Of a stretch of 64,000 bases of DNA, positions 26,264-40,900 are shown one piece after another (position 1 is the stretch's first letter; every line of letters begins with the position of its first letter). Below the pieces are notes generated by a model. The model was not told where the DNA came from. It ran no database searches and saw nothing but the letters and a program-made list of their open reading frames with translations. This DNA comes from Octopus sinensis (Eukaryota): the NCBI RefSeq assembly GCF_006345805.1, contig NC_042998.1, positions 148,614,001 through 148,678,000 on the forward strand, read 5' to 3'. A program made the position numbers and the translations under genes.

Positions 26264-27282
26264 GTACGTATATATGTATGGATAGAAAAATGCAGAGAGG
26301 GTAAGTCGAAAAGAATTTTAAAGTCACTCTTCAGTAGTATGAAGAGTGACTCGCTCAGGAGACCGAGGTTTGGTTCTCACCCCTCGGGGTGGCATTATGC
26401 GTTTAAATTTATTAATGAGAAAAAATAGTGGAAATGTTACTAGAGTTTATGGAAATATACTGTCAGAAGTGACGAGGGAGATAACTCCATGAGTTTATAA
26501 CACTCAACATTAAATGACGGTAGTTTTGATGTTGGGAGTGTCGAGAGGAAGTTAAATCTTTAATCAATTTTATGCTTATTAAAATTTCAGAAGTTCTCTC
26601 GCTAGCCTCTTCTGAAAATAAATTTTCCTTAACGCTAATTAGTTTATCTCATTAGGGTTATAATTTCAACTAATTAAAAATTATTTTCGGCTTACCAGTT
26701 CAAGTATGATAGCCTCACGTAACTATATATTATTCATGCAAATAGAACCGATGGGAAATATTCCAATGTCATAAGTAAATTCACGTATTCAATGCTCGTG
26801 CTTCACTCAGAATACATGCATACATACATACATACTTACATACATACACACACATAATTACACAGACATATGTGTATACATATATATATATCCCGAGAAA
26901 GTGCAATAAGACCGAAACGTAAGTGTAGTGTCTTTATACGTGGAAATTTGGAAGCTGCACTTCCTGCCCTGAGAATAAAACTTCATTAACAACGATGACT
27001 TTTCCTTATTAGGCATAATTTCAAATAATTACTATGTATTTTCGATTCATCCTTCAGACTGTACTAGACTATATGATCCTCTGTCAGATATGTGTAATAT
27101 ACATATACATAGATAGATAATATAGATATACAAATACTTATATATAGATAATATACATATAATATACTTATACATATACATAGATAGATAATATACATAT
27201 ACAAATACTTATATATAGATAATATACATATAATATACTTATACACATATATAGATAGATAATATACATATACATAGATAGA

Positions 27283-27442
27283 TGTGTGGTAAGAAGTTTG
27301 CTTCCCTGCCACATGGTTTGAAGTTCAGTCCCACTGCATAACACCTCGGGCAACCGTTTACTGGGGTTGATTAGTTCAAGTATAAATTCTTCAAGATAGT
27401 GTCCCACCATGACCGTAGTGTAATAACTGAAACAAGTAAAAT
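27283..27442 (+). mobile_element. Truncated SINE, family E (Octopus OK-like)
   Basis: TGTGTGGTAAGAAGTTTGCTTCCCTGCCACATGGTTTGAAGTTCAGTCCCACTGC head joined to the GACCGTAGTGTAATAACTGAAACAAGTAAA tail. Confidence 0.7.
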
Positions 27443-27974
27443 ATAACATACATACACAGAAACGCACGTAGTAGTAGTAGTAGTGGTGGTGGTGATGGAA
27501 TAAAATAATTTCAACTTTACAATAACATGGAAATGTTATTCTGAGTAAAACTGTGGAGAATTTTTCTCTGAGACAAGAAGCCTGCTACGAATCTCTTGCA
27601 CGTGAGCATGTTAAATATTAATGTACACGTCATTATTTAAGGAATTGCTTTTTCGTATGCATATCATTAATTAATTACAGCTATACGAAGTCATATCATA
27701 CATCAGTAAATATGTTTTATTGTTCACTTATATGAAACAGGTTATTCATGACTGAAACACATTTGTGCCACTGTGGAGACATATTTCAGCCAAAAAGCTT
27801 GTTTGGCAGAGCCTAGTTCAATGTGTTTTTACTCACGGAGTCTATAAGGATAAATCCTTTACACAACAAACTCTCCCACGTCGTACGGCACCGGTGCATG
27901 ATGGGTCGAAACTATCGTAGTGAGTAACATAGAATCTTATAAATTCCATTTTCAATATCTCATACATTTTCTTT

Positions 27975-28008
<34 letters not shown>

Positions 28009-28659
28009 CTGTATAATAACATGTCATAATATTTTATTCTCCGGTTTGAAGCAAGAATTTATAAATACAAACAAATGACTGAAAAATGATGAGTTCACTC
28101 CACTCAGAATTGAACCCAAAAATCAATGATAACTCGGCTTCTTGCGCATCCGATTGGCCAAACGCTCACCCATCAATTTCAGCCAAATTTGGTTTATTCA
28201 TACTTAATCTGTTTAATACGTACTACATATAATATTTGTAAACAAATGCATATATATGTATACATATGTGTCTGAGTTGTACATACACATACATACATAT
28301 GTATATTTGATTCTATGTGTTACTGTAAGGTTTCGAAAATCTACTTGGAAGAGACAATCTAAAAGTTGAAACTAGGCTGTGTTCAATTATGTAGAGCTAA
28401 TATATTTCGACTACATTAAGTAAATGTATATAAAAAATACATTTTTTCTCTCATAATCATTGAAATTTAGATGTACGAAATAAAAAAAAGTTGAGAAAAA
28501 TATTTGGAGAATATCAAAAGATTGTAGAAACTACTTTTTAAATGAAATTTTCGATATTCTCTAATATAAAATATTTATTTAAACTGGAAAGAATTTAATC
28601 TAGTAGTATGGATTTATATTAATCTTAAATGAAATATTGAAAATACTTAAAAGTTGCAA

Positions 28660-28690
<31 letters not shown>

Positions 28691-29724
28691 ACAAATAAAT
28701 AAACCTATGCCAGAAGTGACAACTGTTGGCAAAAATATTTTTCTCCTTTTACAAATATCGGAAAACAAGAAAATCTATGAATCCCTAAAGAAATAGGGGA
28801 TAAATTTGTTGGTAAAGGAATGATTTGAAACAATAAAGTTCCTGAATTCATATTCGATGTTTCTAGAACTTCGTAGTCTCATTTTCAAAATTTCACTATA
28901 ACTGGTGTTTGTGTTGTCTCGTACACGTTGGCTGAATTCATACTGGCTTTCTAGCCAATAGTTTTTTTTACTTTTAGCTTTATACGGCATCAATCATATG
29001 TTAACTTGTTCGTTGTGGTCAAACTTTTGACCGTTAGGTTTTATGTCGGAGGTCATGTCCTAATGTTTAAATGGAACTTGAATATTTAGAAATTTTATGG
29101 TTCGGTAACTAAGTGAAAAAACTAATAAGAAAACACGAAAAATCTGAAATAAACAATAAAACTTGGAAACAGTTGTGAATTTAATGAAACGTATTCATAC
29201 ATACACAGACACACACATACTGCCCCGCCTACGATACACCGAGTACCTTTAACTTGACAGTTAAAACTGTTAAAAGAACTCCCAAGAAAAGGTTAGCTGT
29301 AAAGAAGATATTTTGTTATTTGAAAAAGAGAAGTATTCTACAACGAAAACGTTGTATACGCAAAGATGTAAGGAAATGATGTGTTCAGCTATATCGGAAC
29401 GGTACTGTACGAGCGAAGTTCCTTATTTAAAGTAATGCATCAACGGAAAATTATGCCTATTGCTAAATGGGTTGAACTGAGTCATGTAAGTTATTGAAAA
29501 TTATAAGGTGTACACTTTCAGATATACTTATATATATTTATAGAAAGAGAGAGAAAGATAGATAGAAAGAGAGAGGGGGAGCGGGGAGACAAATGAATAG
29601 TTAGACAGACTGATACATAGATAGTTAGCAACATAAGTTAATCCCACGGAGAGGTGCATACCCGTGTTTGCATTTGAAGCATATATATATATATAGTGCC
29701 TTACTCACAAACTGGATATGACTA

Positions 29725-30132
29725 CTCTTTTACTCTTTACTCTTTTACTCTTTTACTTGTTTCAGTCATTTGACTGCGGCCACGCTGGAGCACCGCCTTT
29801 AATGGAGCAACTCGACCCCGGGACTTATTCTTTTTGTAAGCCCAGTACTTATTCTATCGGTGTCTTTTGCCGAACCGCTAAGTAACGGGGACATAAACAC
29901 ACCAGCATCGGTTGTCAAGCAATGCTAGGGGGACAAACACAGACACACACACACGCATATATACATATATACATATATACGACGGGCTTCTTTTCAGTTT
30001 CCGTCTACCAAATCCATTCACAAGGCTTTGGTCGGCCCGAGGCTATAGTAGAAGACACTTGCCCAAGGTGCCACGCAGTGGGACTGAACCCGGAACCATG
30101 TGGTTGGTAAACAAGCTACTTACCACACAGCA
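29725..30132 (-). mobile_element. Full-length SINE, family E (Octopus OK-like), with an internal microsatellite
   Basis: Minus-strand head GCTGTGTGGTAAGTAGCTTGTTTACCAACCACATGGTTCCGGGTTCAGTCCCACTGCGTGGC and (GTAAAAGA)n tail. Homologous to 61134-61564. Confidence 0.9.
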
Positions 30133-31309
30133 ACGTGGCCAAAACGAATATTTCTGAATTTAGGAAGGCACCTGGATCCCGTGAATTTTAAAAAATTGAC
30201 TTATTTCTCCCACAAATCTCCCACAATACCGTCAAATTCAACTCAGTAGCCACATACACTCATGCGCTAGAGATAAAAATCCCAAATTTCATATATTCCC
30301 TTTCTACCAATGTAAAGACAGAATCTCTACACAAGGAAGAAGCAACAAGGAGAATCGTTTTTTTGAAAAATTCCAAACGCGTCTTAATATGCAAACTCCA
30401 CTGTGACCATATTCTTTTTCTAGCACCTATCTGACAAAACATTGATATAAGCACCCTGTTTGACAAAGAATCCAGCATTCCAACTAAAGAGCATTAAAAT
30501 CCACAGAATTGTCTCCCCTTACTCACAGGAACTGGATAACTCCTACGCCATTTCCTGTTTTAAACTAAACCTTTTCAAACTAAACACTTCACTTAAACAC
30601 ATGCATCCTAATCCTCCAAAGAAGTTTTTCCAAGGACTAATATTGAACTCTAAAGGCATAAAGACTCTACAATGTATTGGTATACTTATTTATTAATTTT
30701 TGTATATTATTATTTTTTTGAAAAAATATTGTAAATTTCCTTTTCTCCCCTTCCTCAATCTAAAAAAAAAATTTGTTCCCCTTCCAAATCTTGAAAATTT
30801 GCCTTGCAACGAAAGCTGGTTTGATTGCCTTTTTCTTTTTCAATTGTTCATACACCCATTTTTATTAAGATTTACTTTCAATTTAGTATTCTGCCTTATT
30901 ATTTTTTCCTTCCTATATACATATATATATATATATGTGGGGAGGAGGGATGTCTGTGTGTTCGCGATTATATGTGTGTGCTTGCTGGTGCGTCTGCGTC
31001 CCTTGAGTATATATACGTGGGTGTTTGTGTATGTATGTGTACATTTCTGTACGTATGTTCGTCTTCTACTATTCTACTTGCATCTCTATCCCAATGCCGA
31101 AATACACTAAGATCATAAATGTAGGTGCCCCTACAACATACATCTTGATCATCCTCACCCTTTTGATTCCGGACAATTGTCTAGTTATCTACTTAATAGA
31201 TCTTTTCACTTTAAGTTTAATGTCGCTGTGTGGTTAAATAAATCCTCTTCCATCGGACAAATTTTGGAAATAATAGCTCTGCGAGTACTGGTTGACACGT
31301 CACCAGCGT

Positions 31310-31475
31310 TTCTTCTTCTTCTTCTTCTTCTTCTTCTTCTTCTTTTTCTTCTTCTTCTTCGTCTTCTTCTTCTTCTTCTTCTTCTTCTTCTTCTTCTTCT
31401 TCTTTCTTCTTCTTCTTCTTCTTCTTCTCTTCTTCTTCTTCTTCTTCTTCTTCTTCTTCTTCTTCTTCTTCTTCT
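31310..31475. repeat. (CTT)n microsatellite
   Basis: Direct reading. Confidence 0.95.
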
Positions 31476-31865
31476 TTTTCTATTCGTTTTCTTGTCCCCC
31501 TTCCCATTCTACCTCCTATCATTTTACATATCCACCGTTTTGATTCACCCCCACATAATATGTCCCCCACAGACCCATCCCGCTTATACTCTTTTCATTT
31601 TTTCCTTTTTATTTCCTCTCGGTACTTTCCTGATAGACACACAATGTAATAGCTTGACTTTGATGCAAGTCTGAGGAAGTGCCTCTTCAATGCGTAAAAT
31701 CACAAATATTACGCAATTTTTCTTTTAGAATTTTCGCGTAAACAAGCGTTGTAAATGGGAATGGTACGGAAACATGTGTAACTTATAATTAAAGATGTGT
31801 TAAAGAATTTTCATTGGATTATATATATATATAGATGTAAAGTGGTATATATTATTTTCATATTT

Positions 31866-32064
31866 TTGGCACAAGGACAACATTTTCGGTGCGAGCGGTA
31901 AGTCGATTTCATCGATCCCAGAGCTCAAGTGCTACTTATTTTTTCGTTCCCCGGAATATGGAAGTCGAAATCGGCAGAATATGAACTCAGAACGTATAGG
32001 CGGACGAAAAGCCGCTAAACATATTGCCTGGCGTGCTAATGTTTCTGCCAGCTCGCCGCGCCTT
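31866..32064 (-). mobile_element. tRNA-derived SINE, family A
   Basis: Reverse complement of GGCGCGGCGAGCTGGCAGAAACATTAGCACGCCAGGCAATATGTTTAGCGG...GTTCTGAGTTCA. Confidence 0.8.
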
Positions 32065-32076
32065 ACACATTGATGG

Positions 32077-32140
<64 letters not shown>

Positions 32141-32469
32141 GTATATATATTATATATTATATATTATATATATATATATATTATATATATATATAGATAT
32201 ATATATATATACACGTATATATATTATATATATATATATATATTATATATATTACATATATATACACACATATGTATATATGCATACATATACATACATG
32301 CAGTATATACAATACATTATATGCATATATGTGTGTGTGTGTGAGGAAAAAGGTGAATATTCGTCTCTGTGATAAATAAATGTCTGTTAGGATGTATATG
32401 TATGTGTGTATATATATATATATATAGTTTGCATCACGAGGGTGTCTGGTAATCATATATGTATTTTGC

Positions 32470-32488
32470 TGCTGCTACAACAACAATA

Positions 32489-32565
<77 letters not shown>

Positions 32566-33242
32566 TACCACTACTACTGCTACTGCTGCTACTGCTGCTG
32601 CTGCCAATGCTGTGCTGATAGCAGACTTTACCTGAAGATCGCTTACGGCTAGAAACGCGTAATAATTTACGTAGAAATATTCCACAGGAAATACGTATGT
32701 GTGAGCATGTGTGTGTATGTGTGTATGAATGTGTGTGTATGTCTCTGTTTGTGTATGAGTATGTGAATGTGTATGTGTGTGAATGTGTGAAGGTATGAGC
32801 GAATGGCGTATGGATATGCGTGTGAAAAAGAGGGGAAGGGAAGAGAGTGACATGAGACAGAGTCAGACAAATATGAAAAATAAATTATAACTTATTAAAT
32901 AAATAAATTACTAAGTAAATAAAACAAGCTAATAAAATCTACAGCGAAAGACACGGCAGTAACGAAGAAAGGAACGATAATGTTTACGATAATTAAAACA
33001 AAAAATTGCATTTAGCACGATGATTACATTTGCAATACCATAGTGATGTAGGTGGTGGTGGAGGTGGTGGCAGCGACAGCGGCGGTGGTTGTTGATGTGG
33101 TGGTAGTATTCGTGTTGTTGGTGGTGCTGGTGGTTGTGATGGTAAGGGTGGGGCTGATCTAACGGCATTGGTGGTGTTCGCTACTACTAGTGGTGGTGGT
33201 GTTAGTGTAACGGTGTCGTTAGTAACAAGTAATGGCGATAAC

Positions 33243-33322
<80 letters not shown>

Positions 33323-34140
33323 AGAGCTGCTTAGGTTTACAATACATAAAATGTACGGTGCCCAAAATACTAATGAAGATGAGTATTTCGGCTTAGATTC
33401 GTTGCAGTATTTAGTTTGGTGCTGGTGCTGGTGCTAGTAGTAGTGGTGGAGTTATGGTGGTTGTGTGATGGCGTTTTAGCGTCTATAGTATGGCACTGTT
33501 AGTGATCGTGGTAGTATTAACAGGAATAGAATTTGGTCGTGATTGCAATCTGGAATCTGATGTTTGCTTTAGAAATGCTGGCAATGAGGATTGGCTGAAC
33601 GTAGTGGTGGTTGTACCGTTACTACTACTGTTTGTTGTTGTTGTTGTTGATAATGATGATGTTGTTGATGATGATGATGATGATGATGGTAATGGTGATG
33701 GTAATGGTGATGATGATTATCATGATCATGACATTGCTAGTGGTGTGTTGTAATTTCAGTGGTAACAGCTACATAGTCACGTTGGGGGGTTAATGGAAAT
33801 TGTGGTGCAGTTTGTAGTGATGGTAACTGATGGTGCTACTGGTGCTTCTGGTTGTGGTGATGATGGTGATAGTGACAACAATGTTCGTGGTGGTGGTGGC
33901 GATAATGGTGTTGGTGTTAATGGTGATGGTGATGAAGGCGGTAGTGGTGATGATTATGTTAGTGATTATGGCGTTAGTGATGATGGTGATGCTGCTGAAA
34001 GTAATGGTGGTGTTAATGGTGGTGGTGATGGCAATATTAGTGTTATTGGCGATGATGATGATGATGATGATGGTAGTATGATTGATAATGTTAGTAGTGG
34101 CGTTGGCATTGGCGTTGATGGTGGTGATGAGAGTTATCTC
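32470..34140. repeat. Compound trinucleotide blocks (CTA, GTA, GGT, GAT) with short unique islands
   Basis: Direct reading. Confidence 0.85.
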
Positions 34141-34965
34141 TAATACTAATAATATTTGTGTGGCAATCCTGCGAAAGCAATCAATAAAATACTCTACCAG
34201 ATTCTTGATGGCTAAAGTTCTCGATGTATCGATCAAGCCATCAGATCTTTTAGGCCATCTCTGTGTCTTCTGATGACTAAATCTAATCATGCAGATCATG
34301 GGAACCGTCCGTATTATATTTTGGGAGCCAAAACTAATTTCTAGGACATGTGATTCAATAATATAAACGAAACGAAAATCGTAACTTCTTTATCGATTAC
34401 GTGAATCTTACAAGCTATTGGTCATTCAAACTACGTCATCAAACACGTGACCACCTCTATGTTATTAGTGGTTGATATTGCGATATTACTTCTCATGGAT
34501 GACTAGTTGATCTTCACCCTTATTATTAGAGTTCACCGATAAAGAAAAATGACCGAAACTTATTTTATTGATTTCGCATAATTCCAAATCAATGGAAAAA
34601 GGAGAAAACTTTTTGAAATAGGAATATGGTTAACTTTGTTTTAAGGGAGCTGGTAAAATCGATTATATCGATTAAATCGATCCAAGTATAATATTGGCGC
34701 TTATTTTATGGGACTCGCAGAAAGATATAAAAAAGAAGTCGATCCCTGGAGGGAATTTGATGTCAAATCATTGATGTACCAAAATTTGAACGCTGTGGCA
34801 TGACGCATTGATGGGGGAAGGTGGGTTAACTTCTCGAGGGATAATCGAAAATATAGAACCATTTCTTGGAGCTTACCATATAAAAGTCCTGACGTTGGTG
34901 ATAGAAAAACAACACATCAAACATACATCTCACATAAAAACCAACTTCAGATAATCTTCGACCTA

Positions 34966-35032
<67 letters not shown>

Positions 35033-35754
35033 ATTGTCATTGCTGTTGTTGTTTTTGTTATTATATGAGATTGAGGGACGGTAGGAACTATAGGGCTATT
35101 CGGCAAAGTGATGCACAGCATTTGGTTACATCCCTTTATATTCTAAGATCAATTCCCGCTAGAACCTATTTTGCAGTGATCGATAACAGTGAGTGGCTGT
35201 ATTTAAGGCCTGGTTACAATCACGTTTGTGAGGTTACGTTTTCTCCATAGCTCACTGGTTTTGGTGTTCGATTCTAGTGTGTGGTAGCATGATGAATATC
35301 TCCCGTCACAGACACAGGACGACCGAAGCTTTGAAAATAAAATTTGGTCGCCGGAAACTGTGTGGAAGCCCGTATAAGAAATCGATCATATTGTTTGGTG
35401 TTAACCTTAATTCATAGCTCGATTTTACACCACTACCTGCTCTTAATTGCCTTTAGCGGAGTCCCATATATTGCAAACATTTGAACTAACTTTCCGCTCT
35501 GAATACCGTCTTCTTCCTACTTGTTTAAGACGAACTGAAAAGGTTCATGGACACCGCAGTTCCCTCACTGACTAAACATTGTATCTACCCACCGAGTATG
35601 TGACCTTGTTCCTTTTCAAAATCTATTATCATTATGTAATGAAAACTCACAGCTTATTTTGGTGGGTATGATGGTAAGTGTCAGCTGTCCACCGCCAGCA
35701 GACTAAGGTGACACATGTTTACTGGTCATGCTTTAAGAATCCCGAGAAGAATTC

Positions 35755-35809
35755 TTGCATATTATTATTATTATTATTATTATATTATTATTATTACTAT
35801 TATTATTAC

Positions 35810-35855
<46 letters not shown>

Positions 35856-35862
35856 GTTTTTG

Positions 35863-35938
<76 letters not shown>

Positions 35939-35950
35939 CATTATTAGTAT
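35755..35950. repeat. (TTA)n array; similar arrays at 34965-35030, 37850-38200, 38930-38990 and 50350-50480
   Basis: Direct reading. Confidence 0.95.
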
Positions 35951-36135
35951 TATTAGTATTCAGTAGTTATATCTTTATCACGTGCTTTCACTGTTTTGAA
36001 AGTGTAGGATGTGTACGGTGGCTAGTAGTGCTATTTTCCGTATGTTACATACATTTGTTAGTCCTGGTGTGTTTGTTATTTATTTGTCTGAATATTTGTC
36101 GATAGTTTGATGTTTCCAATATTACTCAAGATTCT

Positions 36136-36800
36136 AGAGCGGCAAACTGGCAGGATCATTGGTATACGGAAGAAATTGCTTAACGGCAGTTCGTCCATCT
36201 TTACGCTCTGAGTTCAAATTCCTCCAAGGTCGACTCTGCCTTTAAACCTTTCGAAGTGGATAAAAGGAGTACCAGTTGAGCACTAGGCTCGATTTATTCA
36301 GGATCTTTTCGGTTTGAACGGCAGTTTTTTCTAGCGGTGTCATATGAAATTGTCACTCATAATTATGACCCTAGTATCGATCTATTGCATTTCAATCTAT
36401 TTTAGGATTAGCGTTAGTTAGGGTTAGTTAGGGTTAGGGTTAGGGGTGGGGGGAAGGGTATTTTTTTTCTTCACAAATGTAAATAAATCCGATCTGTTTC
36501 TTAAACGAGGAACATATTCATACGGTACAGAATATTGTTTACCTCAATGGACGTCAGTGATTGGTTGAAATTTCAGAAATTGAAGAAAAAAACAACAAAT
36601 ATCTTACAAACTAAAGAATTTTCTCAATAAAGCCAAAAGAAAATGATGTTTTATAAACACATTCTACCAGTATACGAAGTTTAAAATTTTTTAGTTACCT
36701 AGAAATTATGTTAAAAACTGCCGTTCAAACCGAAAAGATCCTTTATTCACCTTGCCCCTTCCATCTAAATTGCAGGCCTTATGCCGAAATTTGAAACCAA
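36136..36800 (+). mobile_element. SINE family A interrupted by a MITE
   Basis: The SINE body runs to ACCAGTTGAGCACTAGGCTCGAT and resumes after 36748 with ACCTTGCCCC..GCAGGCCTTATGCCGAAATTTGAAACC. Confidence 0.8.
36300..36742. mobile_element. Non-autonomous DNA transposon (MITE) with about 30-bp TIRs, a 6-bp TSD and internal TTAGGG repeats
   Basis: AGGATCTTTTCGGTTTGAACGGCAGTTTTT and AAAAACTGCCGTTCAAACCGAAAAGATCCT. TTATTC is duplicated at 36294-36299 and 36743-36748. Confidence 0.9.
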
Positions 36801-37439
36801 TGTTACGCAAGATACTTTCTCTTTCCAATAAAACAGTCTTCATGAAACTTCCTCAAGCCTTTCCTTATTTATGACTAATTTTCTCGCCAATTATTCAGGC
36901 TTAGTCATTCTCAGATATTCTTGTACTAGCTTATCCAGCCATTATAGATGCTTCACTTTCATTCAAACATTCCAAGGTTTAGAAGTTCATTCTTCTGTCT
37001 TTTGCTTGCTATTATTAATGAAATTTGTCGTAATTTTACCGATAGTTTCTCTCATTGGTGTGGATCATATCAGCGTTGGTATAAGCCCTTGGGATCCATA
37101 AAAGATTCTGGGGAGTCCACATAGGATTCCAGAGTTTCTGTGCAAGCAAAATAGCAAATTGGGGATCAATGGTTGCATTTTAAGCGTCCATAAAAAAATT
37201 TTGATTTAGATGTATTTATAGCAAGAAACAGCTCAGTTTCTTTCTCTAAAGTTTTACATGATTTAACGTGTGAGAAACAAAATAGGAATTTTGAAAGAAA
37301 TATCTATAAAAACTAGGTTTTAAACATCGAATGACTGGGGTGGGGCTCCACCAGAATGAAATAATAAGCAAAGGAGTCGATAGGTAACAAATGCTTGAGA
37401 ACCCCTGGTATAGATTATATCAACAGCCTACATCAACTT

Positions 37440-37845
37440 TTGCCGGATATTTTCTTATATGAAATACAAACTCCTAATAAAAGATTTACATAGGTTAGCA
37501 TTAAAGAATACCAACACCCGCTTCTATTTTTCTTTATTCTCTATTGGATGTCATCTACTCCATATAATTTTAAATGACAACGTATGTTTTCCCAATCATT
37601 TTTGTTGTTTTTGCCCATGCTGCAGCAGCAAACATCAATATGTAGGTATAGATTTTACCATAATACTTCTCTGCAAGTATTTGATAGCCAGTCATCTGGT
37701 GGAACATTTCTATTTTTTTCTTGTTGCTGTTGTTACGTAGCTTGTTCAGATTGATGTCATAAGAATCTCTCTCCATTTTTTGCACTCTTGTCACTATCGT
37801 TTGTTTTTTTTCCTGCCAATGACGGAACAGCATAATCAATGAGCT
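37440..37845 (-). mobile_element. Decayed 3' fragment of an RLE-type LINE abutting a (TAA)n array
   Basis: Remnants such as EMFHQMTGYQILAEKYY resemble the ET..H..SGC..LA..EY zinc-knuckle region seen in the other LINE fragments. Confidence 0.5.
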
Positions 37846-38125
37846 GTTGTTGTTGTTGATATTATTATTATTATTATATTATTATATTATTATTATATTA
37901 TTATTATTATTATTATTATTTATTATTATTATTATGATTATTATTATTATTTTATTATTATTATTATATTATTATTATTATTATATTATTATTATATTAT
38001 TATCATTATATTATTATTATTATTATATTATTATTTATTATTATTATATTATTTTTTTATTATATCATTATTATTATTATTATTATCATTATTATTATTA
38101 TATTATTATCATTATATTATTATTA

Positions 38126-38186
<61 letters not shown>

Positions 38187-38955
38187 GTTATTATTATTTA
38201 TAATTCCAATCTGCCAAAGACGTTACGCTATACAGCATTTATCTTTATACTACTCAAGACGCCGTTATTCAGTTTTTTAAAAAATACTTTAGATTCTACC
38301 AAATTTTCTTTAATATAAAATCCAGTTATTTTCTTCAAAAATACATTCCCCAAATTTTTTTATTACCATTTTTCTTCGACGGTTCTTTCTCACTTTTTAT
38401 ACAATAATATTCTTTTCTGATTTCCATCTTTTGTGCATTTCTTATCCACTCACCATTTTTCATTGCCGTATAGCACGCTACTGCCTCCATTCATAGACAC
38501 TTCTTTCATATTCTTACCATTTCTCTCGCAATTATTCTTATCGGGAATTATCCTTCATCGCTAACTTGTCTACCAAACAGAGGATTTTGTACTTAGAAAT
38601 ATCATATCTTAATAATTTCATCCAACATCGCGGGAATGGATGTGAAGTATGAAACCACATTTATCATATACCCACCCACGGAAACTGCTTCCCACTTTGC
38701 AAATTTTGGTAGATTTTTGTCCAATAGTTCCAACTTGACAAGTAATTCTGTGCAGATTCTGCTTCCAGTCGAAATTTTAGCAACTTATAAATCATATTTA
38801 CTTGGATCAACTAATAATATTGTCCTAATATTAGAATTATCATATAAGAAGAAGAGGAAGAAATAGAAGAAGCAGAAGGAGAAGAGGAAGAAGAAGAAGG
38901 AGGAGGAGGAGGAAGAGAAGCAGGAGAAAATAATAATAATAATAATAATAATAAT

Positions 38956-39018
<63 letters not shown>

Positions 39019-39024
39019 AAGAAG

Positions 39025-39230
39025 AAGGCACTGGCTCTCATGGTTTCTGATCTTAACTGATTGGAAGTGTTGTCATGTACTTGTTTTATCTTGGTGTAAA
39101 AGATGAGTTACAGCAAATATGCTGCTTAATACCACAGATTAGGTAGTCAGTTGCTAGACCTTAACCAGTTGAGCATGTCCCTTGGTGGCTAATGATATGT
39201 GCATATCTGATTAAGAGCAGAGAGATATGT
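39025..39230 (+). mobile_element. Partial copy of the interspersed repeat also found at 58713-59197
   Basis: Shared TACAGCAAATAT.CTGCT.AATACCACAGATT..GTCAGTTG..GACCTTAACCAGTTG..CATGTCCCTTGGTGGCT. Confidence 0.8.
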
Positions 39231-40402
39231 ATTAATTTACATGTGGAAAATTCAAGAAGATCCAGTACCTAGCTTCGGTATCAAGAATCATACAAATACC
39301 CTTACTGGACGTCATTGCGTAGTACAAAGGGTACCGTCCACACCGTCTTAGGTGAGGATCAGGTACTGCAACAGTTTCTGGTTTCAAAGTCCACAGCTCT
39401 TCAATGTACTTCCAAAAGAATTAAGAAACCTACACAATTGATGTTCTCCTACTCACGATACTAAATGAACCGTCGTCCCGGGTGGGTGTGAACTGAGAAA
39501 AATTTGGTTGTTGTTTCTAGCAATTCCAATCAATGATGAAGAAGACTGTGTGTAAGTTGAGAGAAATCTGGGACAATCTTACCCCAACTCCCCTGATAAG
39601 TCTGTGAACTTATGAGTGACGTGAGATTATAGGAGGTTCATGCTTCTCAAAAAGACAGGTGTATAAGAGAAGTTAAGTGGCTTCAAGAATGATTAGAAAT
39701 GATGCGGCTATTTCTGCTCGCCAAGAGCTCATTTTGTTGTTATTTCTAGCATTCTAGCAAGCACGTTGAGTGTCCCTCGTTTTCACCTTGTTAACTGATA
39801 TTGGCTAGAGCGTAAACAGGCAAAGTCGACAACGTCTATCAGAGTTCGAATTTGGAAACTGACCATGAAGACCAGAAACAAAATATAAACAATGAACAAA
39901 TCTACTGAGCTATCACAATAACCAACGCTTCAGCCTTTTGCTTGTCTCCATATTCAGTAACGGCGTCGGCAAACGTCTTCCATTAATATTTTACTTTCCT
40001 CCATAATGGCGAACAAAAACATGTTATCGATTATGAGCGCTGTTCGGTGGGAAATCGGTTAAACCTAACTTAGTTGCACACGTAGTGGAGCGTGTTATTG
40101 TATTTTGGTGTCCAATGGTGCGTGACAAGGAGGAATATAAAAGATGAGTTAAGGATTGGAACAAGCGGAACATGAGAAATACAACGTTTATGTATGTGTG
40201 TGTAGTTATATGTGTTTCTGTGTATGCGTTTGTATGTGTGTGTATGTTTGTCTTTGTGTATGAAGTGGGAGGTAAGAAAAGTGAGTGTGAGAACCTAGGA
40301 AAGTAACGAAAACACGCACACAGAGACAAATTGACAAACACACGTATATCTATGTGCATGTATATATATATACATACATACGCACATATATGTATGCATA
40401 TG

Positions 40403-40461
<59 letters not shown>

Positions 40462-40728
40462 CAGAAAGAGAGAGAGAGAGAGAGAGAGAGTAAAGAAAGA
40501 GAAGCCAGAGCTTGTATGTATTTGTGGTGAAAGAGTAAATAACGCAGTATTATATATACAGAGAAGTATGAGGCAGCGTAATATGATGACGAATTTTAGA
40601 TTGTACAATAATTATATATATATCTATCTTTATATCTATATACATATGTGTGTGTTTATATATACTATGTATAAATAGATAAGTATATTATATCTATATA
40701 TATTGTGTGTGTATATGTATATATATAT

Positions 40729-40900
40729 AGGGAGAATTCACAAAAAAAGACGAGGACAGGTGGTGTAGACAACAAACAGATATGTTAGTATAGCGCTCGG
40801 GAAATGAAAAAGTCTTTAACGTTTCGAGTCTACGCTCTTCCACAGAAAGGGACACAGAAACAAGGAGAAAAAATAAAGATTGTGTAGTGGCTAGCGATCT
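40729..40900 (-). mobile_element. PLE-derived repeat with a hammerhead-like motif (40812-40850)
   Basis: Homologous to 13021-13300, with the same CTGTGGAA-GAGCGTAG(A)CTC-GAAACGT core. Confidence 0.65.

Noticed and set aside
26330-26360. Perfect 12-bp hairpin AGTCACTCTTCA/TGAAGAGTGACT
   Set aside because: Short and isolated, with no terminator or other context to support a function.
27085-27280. About 70-bp tandem units as a possible spacer array or CRISPR-like structure
   Set aside because: A plain AT-rich minisatellite without unique spacers. The window is eukaryotic, with no cas genes.
28775-28993. 72-aa non-repetitive ORF (MMPYKAKS..)
   Set aside because: No splice signals in frame, no recognisable domain, and its length is compatible with chance.
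36410-36455. TTAGGG repeats as a telomere or chromosome-fusion scar
   Set aside because: Only a few units, lying inside a TIR/TSD-bounded MITE.
37080-37410. hAT-like MITE ending TTGAGAACCCCTG
   Set aside because: Only one terminus is clearly visible and there is no TSD, so it is not listed as a feature.
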